A stretch of DNA of 63,795 nucleotides, filler included, from Rhabdomonas costata (taxonomy: Eukaryota): assembly GCA_019059605.1 (NCBI GenBank). It is 44 parts of 44 records of this genome, joined end to end, with 100 filler letters (N's around TTAATTAATTAA, not from the genome) between each part and the next. Parts side by side here need not be neighbours in the genome. Positions count along the whole stretch, not along the records: positions 24,696 to 26,048 come from JAHMHO010018465.1; positions 26,149 to 27,500 come from JAHMHO010018466.1; positions 27,601 to 28,952 come from JAHMHO010018467.1; positions 29,053 to 30,404 come from JAHMHO010018468.1; positions 30,505 to 31,856 come from JAHMHO010018469.1; positions 31,957 to 33,304 come from JAHMHO010018470.1; positions 33,405 to 34,756 come from JAHMHO010018471.1; positions 34,857 to 36,208 come from JAHMHO010018472.1; 36 more parts are not named here. The stretch is one strand, 5' to 3'. How positions within the stretch are numbered: the stretch's first letter is position 1; each line of letters opens with the position of its first letter. The notes below the pieces were generated by a model. That model ran no database searches and had not been told where the DNA came from. It worked only from the letters and a program-made list of their open reading frames with translations. Below are positions 25,128 through 37,889 of the stretch, piece by piece. A program made the position numbers and the translations under genes.

Positions 25128-26040
25128 ACTACGCATGGCTCGCTTACGCACCCATGCTTCGTACTTACCTTCTAAGTCTAAACCTCTACCGGTATTCCCT
25201 GCATGGCTTCGCCCGGTCGGAGCATCCTGTAACCATCCTTATGGTGGTGGAAGGATGCGAAGAGACAGGTATAGGCATTTGGGGTTCTTGCTGTCGTCGG
25301 GATTCACTGCGTTCATCCCTCCTCCTAAATGCGTTGTTCGGTCTCTCCACCGCCATAAGGCGCATACGAGACCTCAGGGTGATACAGAATACTCTCCTTG
25401 TCACTCACTCGCTGCGCTCGTTCGTTCCTAACCCCAAGCCTCGTCGCTGCTGCTCCTCGACTTGGGGGCACGTAGGGTAAGAAAGAAAGAGAGAAAGATG
25501 CTAAAGGGTGTATTTTATGTTTATGCCGGTCGTCACTCCTTGCGTCGTTCCTCCCTACGTGTTGAACTCAAAGGGTAGTGCCTTCTGTCGTCGCTCCACC
25601 CCCATAAGGGGCTTACGCTCCTCCTACCTCCCTCCCTCACCATCCTCGCTACGCTCGTATGGTGGGGAGTGAGGGTAGGGAAGATGGGAGGCTGACCCGA
25701 GGAACCGAGGGGCATGCCGACAGTGGAATACTCTGCTGGTCGTCAGGATGCTCACTGCGTTCGCATCCTTCCTCCTAGATGCATGGTTCGTCACTCCACC
25801 GCTTCGCGGTTCCGTTCCTCACATCATGACTGTATTCTGTATTCTGTCTCTCGTCACTCACTGCGTTCGTTCCTCGTTCCTAGGTCGTCACAATCGCTCG
25901 TTGCACTCATGTTCCTCCTGCTCTTGGTCGTCACAATCGCTACGCTCATGTTCCTCCTTGTATAGTCGTCACACTCGTCGCTGCGCTCCTCCTGTTCCTC
26001 CGGCTCACAATCGACTCTCACTACGCGTTGCTTCGTTCGT
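25128..26040 (-). repeat. Array of at least 12 DNA hairpins with GNA/GNNA loops and tandem G.A mismatches
   Basis: Plus-strand units read TCGTC...TCCTC. Their reverse complements fold as GA-G-GA-stem-GA-AC/GC-GNA-GT/GC-GA-stem-GA-C-GA. Confidence 0.85.
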
Positions 26041-29000
26041 GTCTCATGNNNNNNNNNNNNNNNNNNNNNNNNNNNNNNNNNNNNNNNNNNNNTTAATTAA
26101 TTAANNNNNNNNNNNNNNNNNNNNNNNNNNNNNNNNNNNNNNNNNNNNTCTCAGGTGCTTTGTGAATTTCGGGAACTAGGAGGAGCGGTGGAGTGCGTTA
26201 CTGCAAAGGAAAGGAAGGTGCCGAGGCACCTGAAGGGAGGACCTTTTTTGGGGGGTATCGTGTAACGAGTTATGCCGCCTCATACGTGCACCATTGAACT
26301 TTTCGAGATCAGCCGGACGACCACGAATAAGAATCAAGGAACCATTGTAAATAGCCCAGTCCTCGATCTGCTATCACGAGGTCTCAGACACTACTCCGCC
26401 CCCCCTCTCTCTTCCTCGTGTATTCGTCACCTACAGCAAAGGCGAGTGCTATACTGCCTCCCTTCGAAGTGCTGCAGAACCAAAAGACTAAGAAGTTGTG
26501 AAATGCGAAGAGAGACGTTCACTGCGGTGGCGACCGCAGCATTTCCCACGTAAAGACAAACGGGAGCAGAACACCGGAGGAAGGAGAAAGGCAAAGGTTC
26601 ACAAGCACAGCAAAAGCACAGCAAAAACAGCTCTAATCATCAAATTGAGAGAGCGAGAGAGAAAGAGGAGATGATATGGGATGCTCGGAATGACTACTGC
26701 GCCGAAGGTGTAATTTTTTCGGGTGATTCCGTGATTGCATTGATCATTTGAAGCGAATTGTCAATTCAGTAACCGCCTTTTTATTGAGAAGGTAGGTAAA
26801 GATAGAGTTTAAACACAGCCATGTGGTATGGTGCAGTTCTGAATTTACGGTGTAACGTACTTTAGCTCATTTTAAGCACAAAAAATTGACCCGTTCGAGC
26901 AAAGCAGTGGCTCCGAAGTCGTCTGAGGTTCAGGTCAGCCAAATCCAATAAAACACCTTGGGAGAAAGTCTTTGTGCCCCCTCCCAGGTCAGGAATTTAT
27001 GTGCAATGTATGAAGGCACCTAGGAACTCGGACCGCAGAGCGGCCCAAGACGGTCCAGAAAAAACGCTCACATTCAAGCTCATCCCCTCCTAACACCCTG
27101 CAAATGACTGTGCATGTGCACCACAACCCAACCCCCTGCAATGGTTCTATTGGAATCCCCAGTAGATTTCTTTTGAGTTGGAGTGGTAAGAGTATGCCAC
27201 TATGTTCTACTGAACATTGCGAAAGAAACTCCGTACTCCTGCAGTGAAACGTATCCCTCCCGTTCCCTGGCCTCCATTGCAGGGAAAAATGCGAAGCTCG
27301 ACGTTGCTGAAGAGGGGAACGGCAAAGGGGCAGCTGCACGGTCAAGGCACCCCTGAAGCACATAGGTCACAGACCGACAGTGGTGCCACTGTGCCAAACC
27401 ACCACCGGAAAGGGCACAAAAGAAAGTCCAGCACAAGCAGAGAAGGGCAACAACCTAACGCGCACAAGAACGCATCCGGCACAAGCCTCTCAGAAAAAAC
27501 NNNNNNNNNNNNNNNNNNNNNNNNNNNNNNNNNNNNNNNNNNNNTTAATTAATTAANNNNNNNNNNNNNNNNNNNNNNNNNNNNNNNNNNNNNNNNNNNN
27601 CAGAAAAAGATGATGGTGTTTACTACCAACATTTTTAGTGCACGTATCGTCGTGTCCTCTTTTTCCCGTCACTGGCGTTTTTTGGATTCTCGATGATGAA
27701 TTTTCAACCCCGCAAGCATTGATTTTCGAAATTACACCTCGTATCGAGTTCACATCTAACCCAGCATTCATTAAAATTTCATTGGGGTTTAAATTATTCA
27801 ATTATTTAAGGTGCGAAGGTCAGCCGCCGCCGCCGCGGCTGCGTGTTTTTGTTTTCCGTGATTTTCCGAAATTTTGCGAAAAAACATCGAATGAAATAAA
27901 TTGATCACCTCCATAAGTCACTGTAAGCCCTTTCATAATGAGTATACTTCCCTTCTCATTTCAACCCCTTTCCGTCGTTTCGGTCATTCGGTCATTCGAT
28001 TGCAGTGGTTTGAAGTGGTTTGCTTCGCATCTGGTGTGACCCCTTCCTACTTTTCATCGCCACAGCCACACTGCCGACTTCGCAAGCTTTTGTTCTACCA
28101 TGTTCTACCATGTTGTTGTGAACATCGCTGCGTTCTCGTTTTCTGTTTTTTATGCCGTTTTTCCAGAGCCCCACTCTCTGGAAGTCTATATGTTCTGCCT
28201 TGTAGTGGGCTCTTCTTCTTTGAGTGTCTCGTCGTTGTCTCTGTGTGGATTCCCACCATCCAGACAAATTTCAAAAAAGTCTTTTTCAAGCCAATTTCCT
28301 TTGGAAGGGAGAACTTTCAACTTTTCAACTTTTTCTTCTGACCCATGGTTCATCTCGCCAGTAGGGGGAGCTGCACTCCTTCAAGATGGGAGTGCGCTGC
28401 ACGTGAATTTGTGCAAATGTAACGGTCACTAAATTCGCCATCTAGCGTGTATATATAGGCTGGAGATCTTGTAGGTTTTACTTAAAGTCGCTTCTTCGTC
28501 AAGATGGACGCGCTGCAAGCCAATAAAATTGTGAAGGAGTTCAAGGCAAACCACAACAAGAACACGCCTGATAGGTTTATATTTTTGTATTCAGGTGCAT
28601 TTTTACAGTACGTACAGCAATCGCAACTCAGTCAATTTATATTTACGATCAAGATGGGAAGTTGCAAAGTAAGTGGGAATGTCATGGTAGGTACTTTGTA
28701 CAATCACGGCGCTTCAGTTAACACAAGAAGAGACTTCGGAAGAAACTCGTTGATAAATCAACAGTGCGCGCTTGCGCCTTCAAGCGATAATTGCTGGGGG
28801 GGTTATAATTTGCAAAAGTTGTTTTGGGGATCTAATGAAAGCTAATGAAATGCCCGTCGTTAGCTTGCCTGACACGCTTGGAGGATGCTAGCGACAAAAA
28901 AATTTGAAGCTTGCCCTTTTCCAATTTGATTTGTCTTTTCGCCAACCCCCCCNNNNNNNNNNNNNNNNNNNNNNNNNNNNNNNNNNNNNNNNNNNNTTAA

Positions 29001-29489
29001 TTAATTAANNNNNNNNNNNNNNNNNNNNNNNNNNNNNNNNNNNNNNNNNNNNTTTTTTGGGAGAATGGGTGAGTATCTTGGGGCGTTGCTATCACTTCGC
29101 AGCGGCCGCCACAAAGTATCAGCTAAGGTAAGCGCCGGTCGTTTTCCACACCGAAATTTGCCTACGATATTGAATATGCTAAACTGGACGCCGCTCCTGC
29201 GCATACGTGGGGGCTGGGGACACGACACCTGCGTCGCACATGCAACAAACATGTAGACCCTGAGAAATTCATAGCCAAAAAATCTCTGACCCATGCCAAT
29301 CATCAAGCCCTCCACACTCTTGTACCGGGACGGTGGGTACGAAACTGAAGCAGTTCTTAACCTGCTCCTCCTGACCTTTCACAGGCCTTTGGGGAACCCC
29401 CCCCCCAGAGTATTAAAAAATTCAAAGACGACGGGCGTTCACTCAAAAACGCGGCAAGCACTCCAAAAGAACAAGAAGCGAGCCACGGA

Positions 29490-29848
29490 AAGGGGGGGTG
29501 GGAGTTAAACCCACGCAGAGGCGGCCTTGGACGGAACGCAGAGTCCGCTCGCAGCACAAAGCTCAGGCTGGTGCCGTCCGTGGTGCCCTCCCGGGAGAAG
29601 GCCCCGCTGGCCCAGCTGGCCGACCTCAGCAGGGCGGGGTTCCACCGCAGCTCCTCCGCCAGGTCGTCCTCGTCGCCATCCGCGGCAACGGGGCCCGTGG
29701 GAGCGGAGACCGGCGAGAGCACCTGCTGGGCAAGCAGGGTGCCCAGGCCTACAGGGACCAGGGACTCCTCCACAGCGATCACCAGCTGGGGCCATCGCGT
29801 GCGTGTCAGGGTCCACGTCGACACCTGCATCCACATAGACACGAGCTG
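29490..29848 (-). CDS. Hypothetical protein exon
   Basis: High-GC3 frame LVSMWMQVSTWTLTRTRWPQLVIAVEESL...DEDDLAEELRWNPALLRS... follows a CAG acceptor. The 3' boundary is uncertain. Confidence 0.5.
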
Positions 29849-32370
29849 ACCCCCATCACCGAAGTGCTTTAGAAGACGGGGATAAATGGAAGCTGAAACA
29901 AGAAGGCAGCGCAGGAGCACATGTGGTGCGAGAAACCCTACTTCGCAAAAAAAAAGTGCCACTCTTCGGATGGCACAAATGCTCGGAACACGGACCTCGT
30001 GCCCATTTCATGGCTTGCTGAAAGGGCTAGGGAACCTTGGCCCTTACAAAAACGCACGGAAGCTGCATGCAAAATGAGCGACGAGCGGAGGCAACCAGCG
30101 GCTAGCACGCCGCAGAGGCACAGACGCGGACACAGACAAGCCATACCGAAACGGACTCGCTGCGGACAGGGTTGATGCTCACAACCTCATCGGCCCCGCA
30201 TTCGCTAAGCATACTCGAGGACTGGGCGCGTACCGACATTGTGAGGAAATCGGGAAAGTTGTCCTCTCTGGAGGGAAGTGGAAAACCCCGAAGTACGCAC
30301 CGGTTTTCGAGGACAGTGCAACAACACAGATTTCTTCGGAGATACGCACCCCGCCATATGAGGTCTTTATGAGCAAATAGAATCAGGTCATAATTGGCCG
30401 TGCTNNNNNNNNNNNNNNNNNNNNNNNNNNNNNNNNNNNNNNNNNNNNTTAATTAATTAANNNNNNNNNNNNNNNNNNNNNNNNNNNNNNNNNNNNNNNN
30501 NNNNGGGTTGTTTTTTCTTGCTTTTCCACGCATTTCTTTTCTTTTCTTTTGCCCCAGGCGGGCGGAGATGACATAGCGATTCTACCCATCACCACCACCA
30601 CACGCTTTCTCGTTTTCCTCACCCCCTGAAATGACACGAGTGTTGGGTGGAGTGGGGTGGTGCAATGTGTCACAGTTTAAATGGAACTGAAACACAATGG
30701 ATGGAAATGGAAAACCATCACCACACACAAAACTCTTTCGAGTGTCGCGCAGGATTGTACGAAAAAACAATTTACAAACAAAAAAACAGAAGACCCACTT
30801 ACAGCGAGAGAGGCATGAATAGAGTGCGTGCGAAGAGGAGATTTCACAAGGGAAGGGAAGGGAAAGAACAGAGCATGGGAGGAATGAACGAGAGAGAGAG
30901 GGGAGAAGGTGTTCGCAAAAACAAACCAGAGGGAGGGCGAAGGATGGGGAAAGGAAGAGGGAAGAGGGATGGCTATAAGGAAGAAAAATTACGGTCAAAG
31001 ACTGGAAATGAAGGGAACGATGGTACGGGATGGGATTTCGGACAGAGTTCTTGAATAATTCGAGAAGAGCGGAAACAAGTTGGAGAGAGAGGTGTGTGTG
31101 AGAGGGGGGATGCGGAATGCTTGGGTTTGCAGCCGCCCCAGAGGCCATTTAAAGGCGTTGTTTGGGTGTTTTTGAGCCCATTCTGTGTTCGTGTGTGTGT
31201 GTGTTAGTTGTGTGTATTTGTGTGCACCATGGTGGACTCGGTTGTGCCCGGGATTATTGGTGGGCTAAACTCAAACTTGAAAGGCAGGTTACGCACTTCG
31301 TCATCGATGCCGGTTGAGGCACCCCACAGCCCGTGGAAGGCCCAGGCAGGGGACATGGAGAAGGTGGACAGCACTTGGGGTTTGAGGATCGAGGACCTGG
31401 GTAGGGCAATGGAGCCCGGAGAGCCATTTTCCGGTGGCGCCCAATGATGGCCAACAAGAAGCCACTGCCCACTCCGGAGCCAATGACCTCCGACCAGAAG
31501 TTGAATGAGCAAGTGGGGTTCGCGAGCTGGGTGCACAGGGCGCTTTCGTGCCCTGTGCACGACGTGAAATCCATGCGGGGCCACGCACGCCGCGACCTAC
31601 GAGGCGGTAAAACACGCTGGACCTTCAGATAAAAACAACCCCCTGTTCAACTCCGCGAAAGGATGCCAATCTATCCACACAAACCAGTGTTTATGTATGT
31701 GCAAAGACGCCAGCCGCGAAGCGACAAGACATGACGGGCGACTGTCTGTGCAATGAGGAAAGACAGACGACGAGAGAGCTGCGAAAAACAATCCCTGAAA
31801 GGTTTTCCATGGTCATGGTTCGGCAATAGTTCGGCTGTGGCACCCCCCCCCACCCCNNNNNNNNNNNNNNNNNNNNNNNNNNNNNNNNNNNNNNNNNNNN
31901 TTAATTAATTAANNNNNNNNNNNNNNNNNNNNNNNNNNNNNNNNNNNNNNNNNNNNTGTGGGTGTTGCAGTATATACAGTGGTGTTCATATGAGGGCGGT
32001 GATTGTTTTTTGTTTAGTGATTTGGAGTAGGAATATTTGAACACTGGACTTGTTTGACTTGCTTCGTTCCCATCTTCGTTTCAAAGGAGTAGGAATACGT
32101 TGCACACTGTGACTTTATAATCACTGTTTTTCTCTTCATTGGCCGTTCTTTTCTTCCTTTCTGTCTCCTCAGGTGAAGTGGAAGTCCTTTTTGCGAGTAT
32201 TTTCGCCGAGGTGTGCTAGGTTTGTGCTAGTTTTTTTTTATGTGTGTGAGGTGTGCGGTGTTAAATGAATCTTCCGTTGCCTAGCTTCTCTGTATGAGCT
32301 TCAGGAGTGCCTTCAACTTCAGGCTCTCTCCAACTTTTTTTTTTGCTTCTTTCCGCCCTCTAAGGTGCAG

Positions 32371-32878
32371 GACAAGATTCCTACCACCGCACGAGAGGCG
32401 GGGGAGCGCCTGTCGGACTTGCTGCTGGGCCACGAGGATGTCGGAGTGGAGCAGGCGAGTGCTTGCCGTGCCTGTCCAGGAAATGAGGAGCTGGGGCTGA
32501 TAGCGTCAACGGACATATGTAGGAACGTGAAAAAACGTGACATGAGCTATTCGAAGACACCCCACGCCGCGTCAGTTTAGGCACTGTCTTCCTTCCGCAA
32601 AGGGTGGTCATTTTGATTTCATCCTGCATGCGGTTGCCATGGAGTGCACGTTTCTCACGGTCTCCTTGCCGTCGCTGAGTGGTCGGGGTTGGTCGCAGGA
32701 GGAGTTCCCGGCGTTTTTCACTGGGCTAGTGGAGGACCTGGAGGAGCTGCTGCGGCCCGCTGAGGACACAGAGGGCGGGGACCTGGAGGATGGCTGCTGT
32801 GTGATGTGCGAGCGCCCGATGCCTCTCACCCTGCACCACCTGTACCCGAAATCCGTCCACGACGAGCTCCGGAAGAAG
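32371..32878 (+). CDS. HNH-endonuclease-like (YisB-type) protein (exons 32371-32454 and 32699-32878)
   Basis: CVMCERPMPLTLHHLYPKSVH fits the CxxCER...LT.HHL.P motif. The exons join in phase only through a GC-AG intron with donor GCGAGT. Confidence 0.7.
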
Positions 32879-33422
32879 GTCTGTAGTGCGGCGCCGCTGC
32901 TTAATGTTTGATCTTTTGTGATTTCTTGGGAGCTAAATGCACAAGAGGCATACAAAGCAATGTGCGAGGATGAGCCATTGCTGTACTTGACCAGGAACAT
33001 TGACCAGGTTGACCAGGAACATTCCATCTTTTTCTTCTTCTTATTTAGTTTCTTCTTCCCTGCTCTCCCGCTCAGTCTCCATTGATCTACTTCGCATTTC
33101 AAGACCCAACCACGCATTTTCAGGTTTCAATTTTCAGTCCAAGGTCGCGAGGAAAACAGAATAGTGGTGGTTCACAAAGAAGTATCAATGGACTGAGAGA
33201 GCAGCACCACTCCACCCAGCATTCAGCGCAAACACACACTGTTCTAGTCTTACCAAGAAGAAAACAAGGAGAACAACAAAAGACAGACTCTTGAGATGCA
33301 CAACNNNNNNNNNNNNNNNNNNNNNNNNNNNNNNNNNNNNNNNNNNNNTTAATTAATTAANNNNNNNNNNNNNNNNNNNNNNNNNNNNNNNNNNNNNNNN
33401 NNNNGGTTGTGGGGAGCGATAC

Positions 33423-34385
33423 CTCGGCCGTGGCAGCCTGGGCTTGAGCTTGCAGAGTGCTTGTTTTCGCATTGGCTTGGCGCAGCTCATTTTGCAGGCC
33501 AAGTTTCTTCGCACCAAGAAAGGCGTTGACCTGGGAAAGGCTCTCAAGCTGACAACACATCAATGAGGAGCAAAAGGGGGGGGGTAGGGGGCACAAAAGC
33601 ACCTGCCACTGCGTCCTGGCACGATGTGAAGGTATTTAAGTCAAGGAAGGAATCTCAACAGGGAAAAGCCGAAGCAGGCCAGAGGGTCACGAGCAGTGGG
33701 AGTCCGGAAACTCTGCGTGGTCGGTCCTTGCGCCCTCAGGCCGGCACCCACTCGTGAACCTTGGCGGCTCTTCCTTTTTTATCTTTTGCCACTTTCCCCA
33801 GCGCAGTGGAGGGTTTATCGACGGCACCCACAACGCATGTACAAAAAACCCACTTGCCTCTATCTCCGCGAAAGGGGGCCTACGCAAATGGCTCTTAGCC
33901 TGCTGCCCACCATCATCACATTTAAGAACACATGTTTACCGGCCATAAGTCAACCAAACAGTGCACCCCGCTGCCATATTCATGCCGGGGGTTCATCAGC
34001 CGTCCATGGGCACAGCAAGATTATGAAGCTCTAAAAAAGATGAGCTAACACCATGTGGACGTGGACTTCGTATTCACGCAAACCAAATACGACGATGCGT
34101 CCGCAAACCTGGGCAGCGGTGGCAGCCTGCTGCTCCTCTGCAGCCTTTCGCTGAGTTTCCAGACTCCGCTCGCTCAGCTCTGCGGCCTCCTGCAGCTCCC
34201 GAAGCTGCAGTTGCATAACTTCACGCTCGGCGTTGGCCTTTGCCAGACCGCCTTGGGCCTGCACGAGGGCCTCCTCAAGGGCTGCACTGCGGTTGGCTTC
34301 GTGGTGGAGCTGCTGGTCCAGTTTGCTGAGTGACGAGGAGCTGGCAGCCAGCTCGTCGTCCTTCCGGCGGAGAAGTTTGGTAAGC
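33423..34385 (-). CDS. Long coiled-coil protein (exons about 34385-34089 and 33529-33423)
   Basis: LTKLLRRKDDELAASSSSLSKLDQQLHHEANRSAALEEAL...LETQRKAAEEQQ and VNAFLGAKKLGLQNELRQANAKTSTLQAQAQAATAE both have AG/GT borders. Confidence 0.65.
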
Positions 34386-35633
34386 TGAAGAAAAACAATG
34401 CAGAGAACCGCTGTGCAGAAGTCGAATCGGCGTCGGGCCAACTGTAAAGCCCCCTCTGACCAATAATCAGGTGACGGTTTTTGCCAAAGTAGCAGTGGCA
34501 GACCAGAATAGGTTACAAATCCATGCAGTTGGCATCGGCTATTCTTTTTGGGAAAGACTCGCGATTCTCTGGGCCAGTCCCATTGGGGCTCAACGTCATT
34601 CTCTGTCCCTCCCCTGCCTTGAAGGGTTGGTGTCCCCCTGGGGAACTTCGACCGATGGTTACGCGGGACTGGTGCGAGTACTCTGGAGTACTCTTCATGG
34701 GTGCCCCAACCTCCGCGCTCGTACAGCTCAGTTGACCTGCAGGTTCCCCACACAACNNNNNNNNNNNNNNNNNNNNNNNNNNNNNNNNNNNNNNNNNNNN
34801 TTAATTAATTAANNNNNNNNNNNNNNNNNNNNNNNNNNNNNNNNNNNNNNNNNNNNTTTGTGGTTTCGTAGTCAACTCTTGCAAAATTAGAGTTTCAGCA
34901 AAAAATCCCACTTTTGACATGACCCCCCCAAAATAAGACTTCAGGGATTGAGGTGACGAGAAATCCCTCCCGCCCCTTTCTCTAGCGAACAGAAATGGGG
35001 GCAGAAGAAATCACGGTGTTCTGTGTTCTTCACCTTCTCAACAAAGAAGTCCACGGGGAACGTTGAACAGCAACCGCAAGCTGTTGGCGCAGACTGAACT
35101 TGCAGGCTACAAAAAACCACTACTTTCACATAGTAGCGGAAAGCTTCACTACATGTAATGCAAAGAGTACAGAGAGAAAGCCAGAAGAAGAGGCTTTCCG
35201 GCTCGCAAATCACAAATATTAATTCTCGAAAAGCCAGGATTCCGAAGGACGGAAAATTTGTGCTTCGGTAGAATCTGGAGATGACAAAACCCGAAAACAT
35301 TCCTCGTTATCAAGGTCTCTACCTCACCGTACTCCTCTCCTCAACAGGAGAAGAAAGAGCATCACGGGAAGGAAGGATTCGCATGGTACACGCCCCAAAA
35401 ACACAAGAAAAGTAGATTACACCAGGCAGAACTACCTGTGTGGGCCCATATACTTACCTCTCGTATCAGCGAGAGACAGAGAGAGGGGCAAGAGCCACAG
35501 CGAATGGAAATGCATGCGAATCCCTGCAGTGGTATACCCAAAAAAGACACCACAGCAAATTGCCAATACCGAAAAAAGAGTGAAACATAGCCAGCAGCCC
35601 TACCCGTCATCTTCCTTTTCCTTTGTTTCTGGC

Positions 35634-36206
35634 TTAGCAGAAACCGCCATCCCTTCTTTTTAACTCCATGAGTTCCCCCAACCAACCTAAAACCAGATCG
35701 GAGCCATTGGTTTTGGAAATCACAGCTGCAACCACCTCAAGGTTCTCCTCAGCTCCCCGGGCGACAAGCTCCCCTCCCTCTTCCGCTGCGGCAAAGTACG
35801 CACCCTGGAACGCAGCACAACCCAGAAGCACTTTTCCTTTGCCCTTGTCGTACTTTAGAGAAAAATTGCCATACTCTGAGGAATAGCAGCCCTCCAGGGA
35901 GGAGAGAAACTCCCTTGCCTTGCCGTCATCCCGCATCTGCGCAAGGCGCCGGGCAAGATAGGCCTTCAAGCCTTCCCCCTCTATCCTCGCAAGATCGCGG
36001 GCACTGCCCACATCCACCGGAGCGCTGGGAAACCAAAGCTCAGCCAGGCGCCTGACCACAGCGGTGTGAAAGCTGAATGGACCATTCGAAAGAATCACGG
36101 CGCCAACCTTCTTCGTGGGGAAGAAGAAAAGATGAGAGGTAAAGCCAAAATTGCCACCTCCATGGTGAACAGTCTTCAGTTTCCAGAGGCCTTCCCCGAC
36201 GGCAAA
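35634..36206 (-). CDS. Beta-lactamase-family (AmpC/class C-like) serine hydrolase, C-terminal part, intronless
   Basis: The frame is open from the contig end: ...KTVHHGGGNFGFTSHLFFFPTKKVGAVILSNGP... matches the HGG...GF.S.....P....G.VIL.N motif and continues about 150 aa to a stop. Confidence 0.75.
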   Translation of the reverse strand, partial: FAVGEGLWKLKTVHHGGGNFGFTSHLFFFPTKKVGAVILSNGPFSFHTAVVRRLAELWFPSAPVDVGSARDLARIEGEGLKAYLARRLAQMRDDGKAREFLSSLEGCYSSEYGNFSLKYDKGKGKVLLGCAAFQGAYFAAAEEGGELVARGAEENLEVVAAVISKTNGSDLVLGWLGELMELKRRDGGFC

Positions 36207-37889
36207 CCNNNNNNNNNNNNNNNNNNNNNNNNNNNNNNNNNNNNNNNNNNNNTTAATTAATTAANNNNNNNNNNNNNNNNNNNNNNNNNNNNNNNNNNNN
36301 NNNNNNNNTCTTATGTTCTCCCAGGCTCAGGGTTGCTCAGAGATGTGCAATAAGCGGCTCACTGGAACTGCTTGCATTCCTCCCCAATTATGTCAAGTAT
36401 TCTGCCGTAGCATGCTGCCACCGCTGAGATTTGGTGGATCTGGGCGTCTTGCGCTCTTGTGGCTGAATGAACTGCATTGGGCCGTCAGTTTGTTGTTGTT
36501 GTTGTTGTGGTGGTGGTGGTGTTCAGGCATTCCGAAGGGTCAGCTGGGTTGTAGAGGATGTTGTGAGGGAAGGAGAGGGAAATGGGGCATGATTTGTGGG
36601 CGCTACAGGAGCTTTCTCCAAAGTGCCCCTGCGCCGGGGTGGATCTGCTGGGGTTTCTGGAGACCCACGAGGCTCACAGCCGGGAACTGCTGGAACTGGC
36701 CGTGCACTACGCGTGGCAGTCCATTTCTCAGGTCTTATTCTTATTTTTTTATTTGGAAAACAACTGCCCACATAAACGTGCCGGAGGGGTACTGTGGCCC
36801 AATTTTTTCACGCAGCTCATCAAGACTTTTAGGCATCTGTGGTAATGCTCTTTTTTCGTGTGCGGCTTTGAATATCTTCTGTCTGTGAACCCGCCCCGTT
36901 CCCCTTGGGGCGGGTAACAATTTGCCGGGAAGGGTGTGACGGCTCTTTCTCATTGCGTTTCCAAAGCGCGCAACATCAATGCCCTCCTACCGCTGTTGTT
37001 TCACTATATGCAAAGAGAACGACTGCAGATGGTGGCGTTGGAGTTTTTTCTGGTAGTAGTTTCAGCTGCAATGAGAAAAGATTCATCTACTTGAAACAGG
37101 CAACCTACCTCCCCCACCACCACCACCAAAAAAATAACAATATAAAGTCATTTCGAGAATGCTAGCATGTTTTACCTCACCGTTTTAAAGTAATTCTGGT
37201 TGGCCTGCTTTCTGTCACCGCTGGTAAACGTTACCACTTTCCCCCCCCCCCAGCTTCCATTGAGCCTTTGATTGTAGGGGGATGTGCACTTGAGTCCTGA
37301 TGTGGGGCGCATCGCTTTAGTCAGTCCTGTGCAGCAATTGACTCCCCCGTGACTCCCGTGGACAATTGGGGTGAAGAATGAAGAGAAGAGAGAGATACGG
37401 GTGCTTGGGCGGAGATTTTCGCTCTGCTGGATGCCCTTGCGCTGTAATTATGATAGGAAGGATATGGCAGGATGCGCAATCCGGAGCTTGTCCCCTTGAC
37501 ATATCTTTGACTGCATTTGGGCCCTGCATTTGGGCATGCCTATTTCTTTCTTCGACGCCGTGCGGGAAGGGGTCAATTTGACGTGGCTGTATGACGATAT
37601 ATGCTTTTTTTTGCCGTCCTTAATATCAGGAGCTGACCCAACACAGGACGACAAAAAACANNNNNNNNNNNNNNNNNNNNNNNNNNNNNNNNNNNNNNNN
37701 NNNNTTAATTAATTAANNNNNNNNNNNNNNNNNNNNNNNNNNNNNNNNNNNNNNNNNNNNTGTCGGAAGGAAATGCGCCTGTGAGTGTTTCCTGATGAAC
37801 TTGGGTGGGTGAGTTGGGTGCCGTTTTTAAACCAGGAAAACACCCCTGCTTTCTAACAATTGCCCACATTTTTGCTGACAGTGGTTGGA

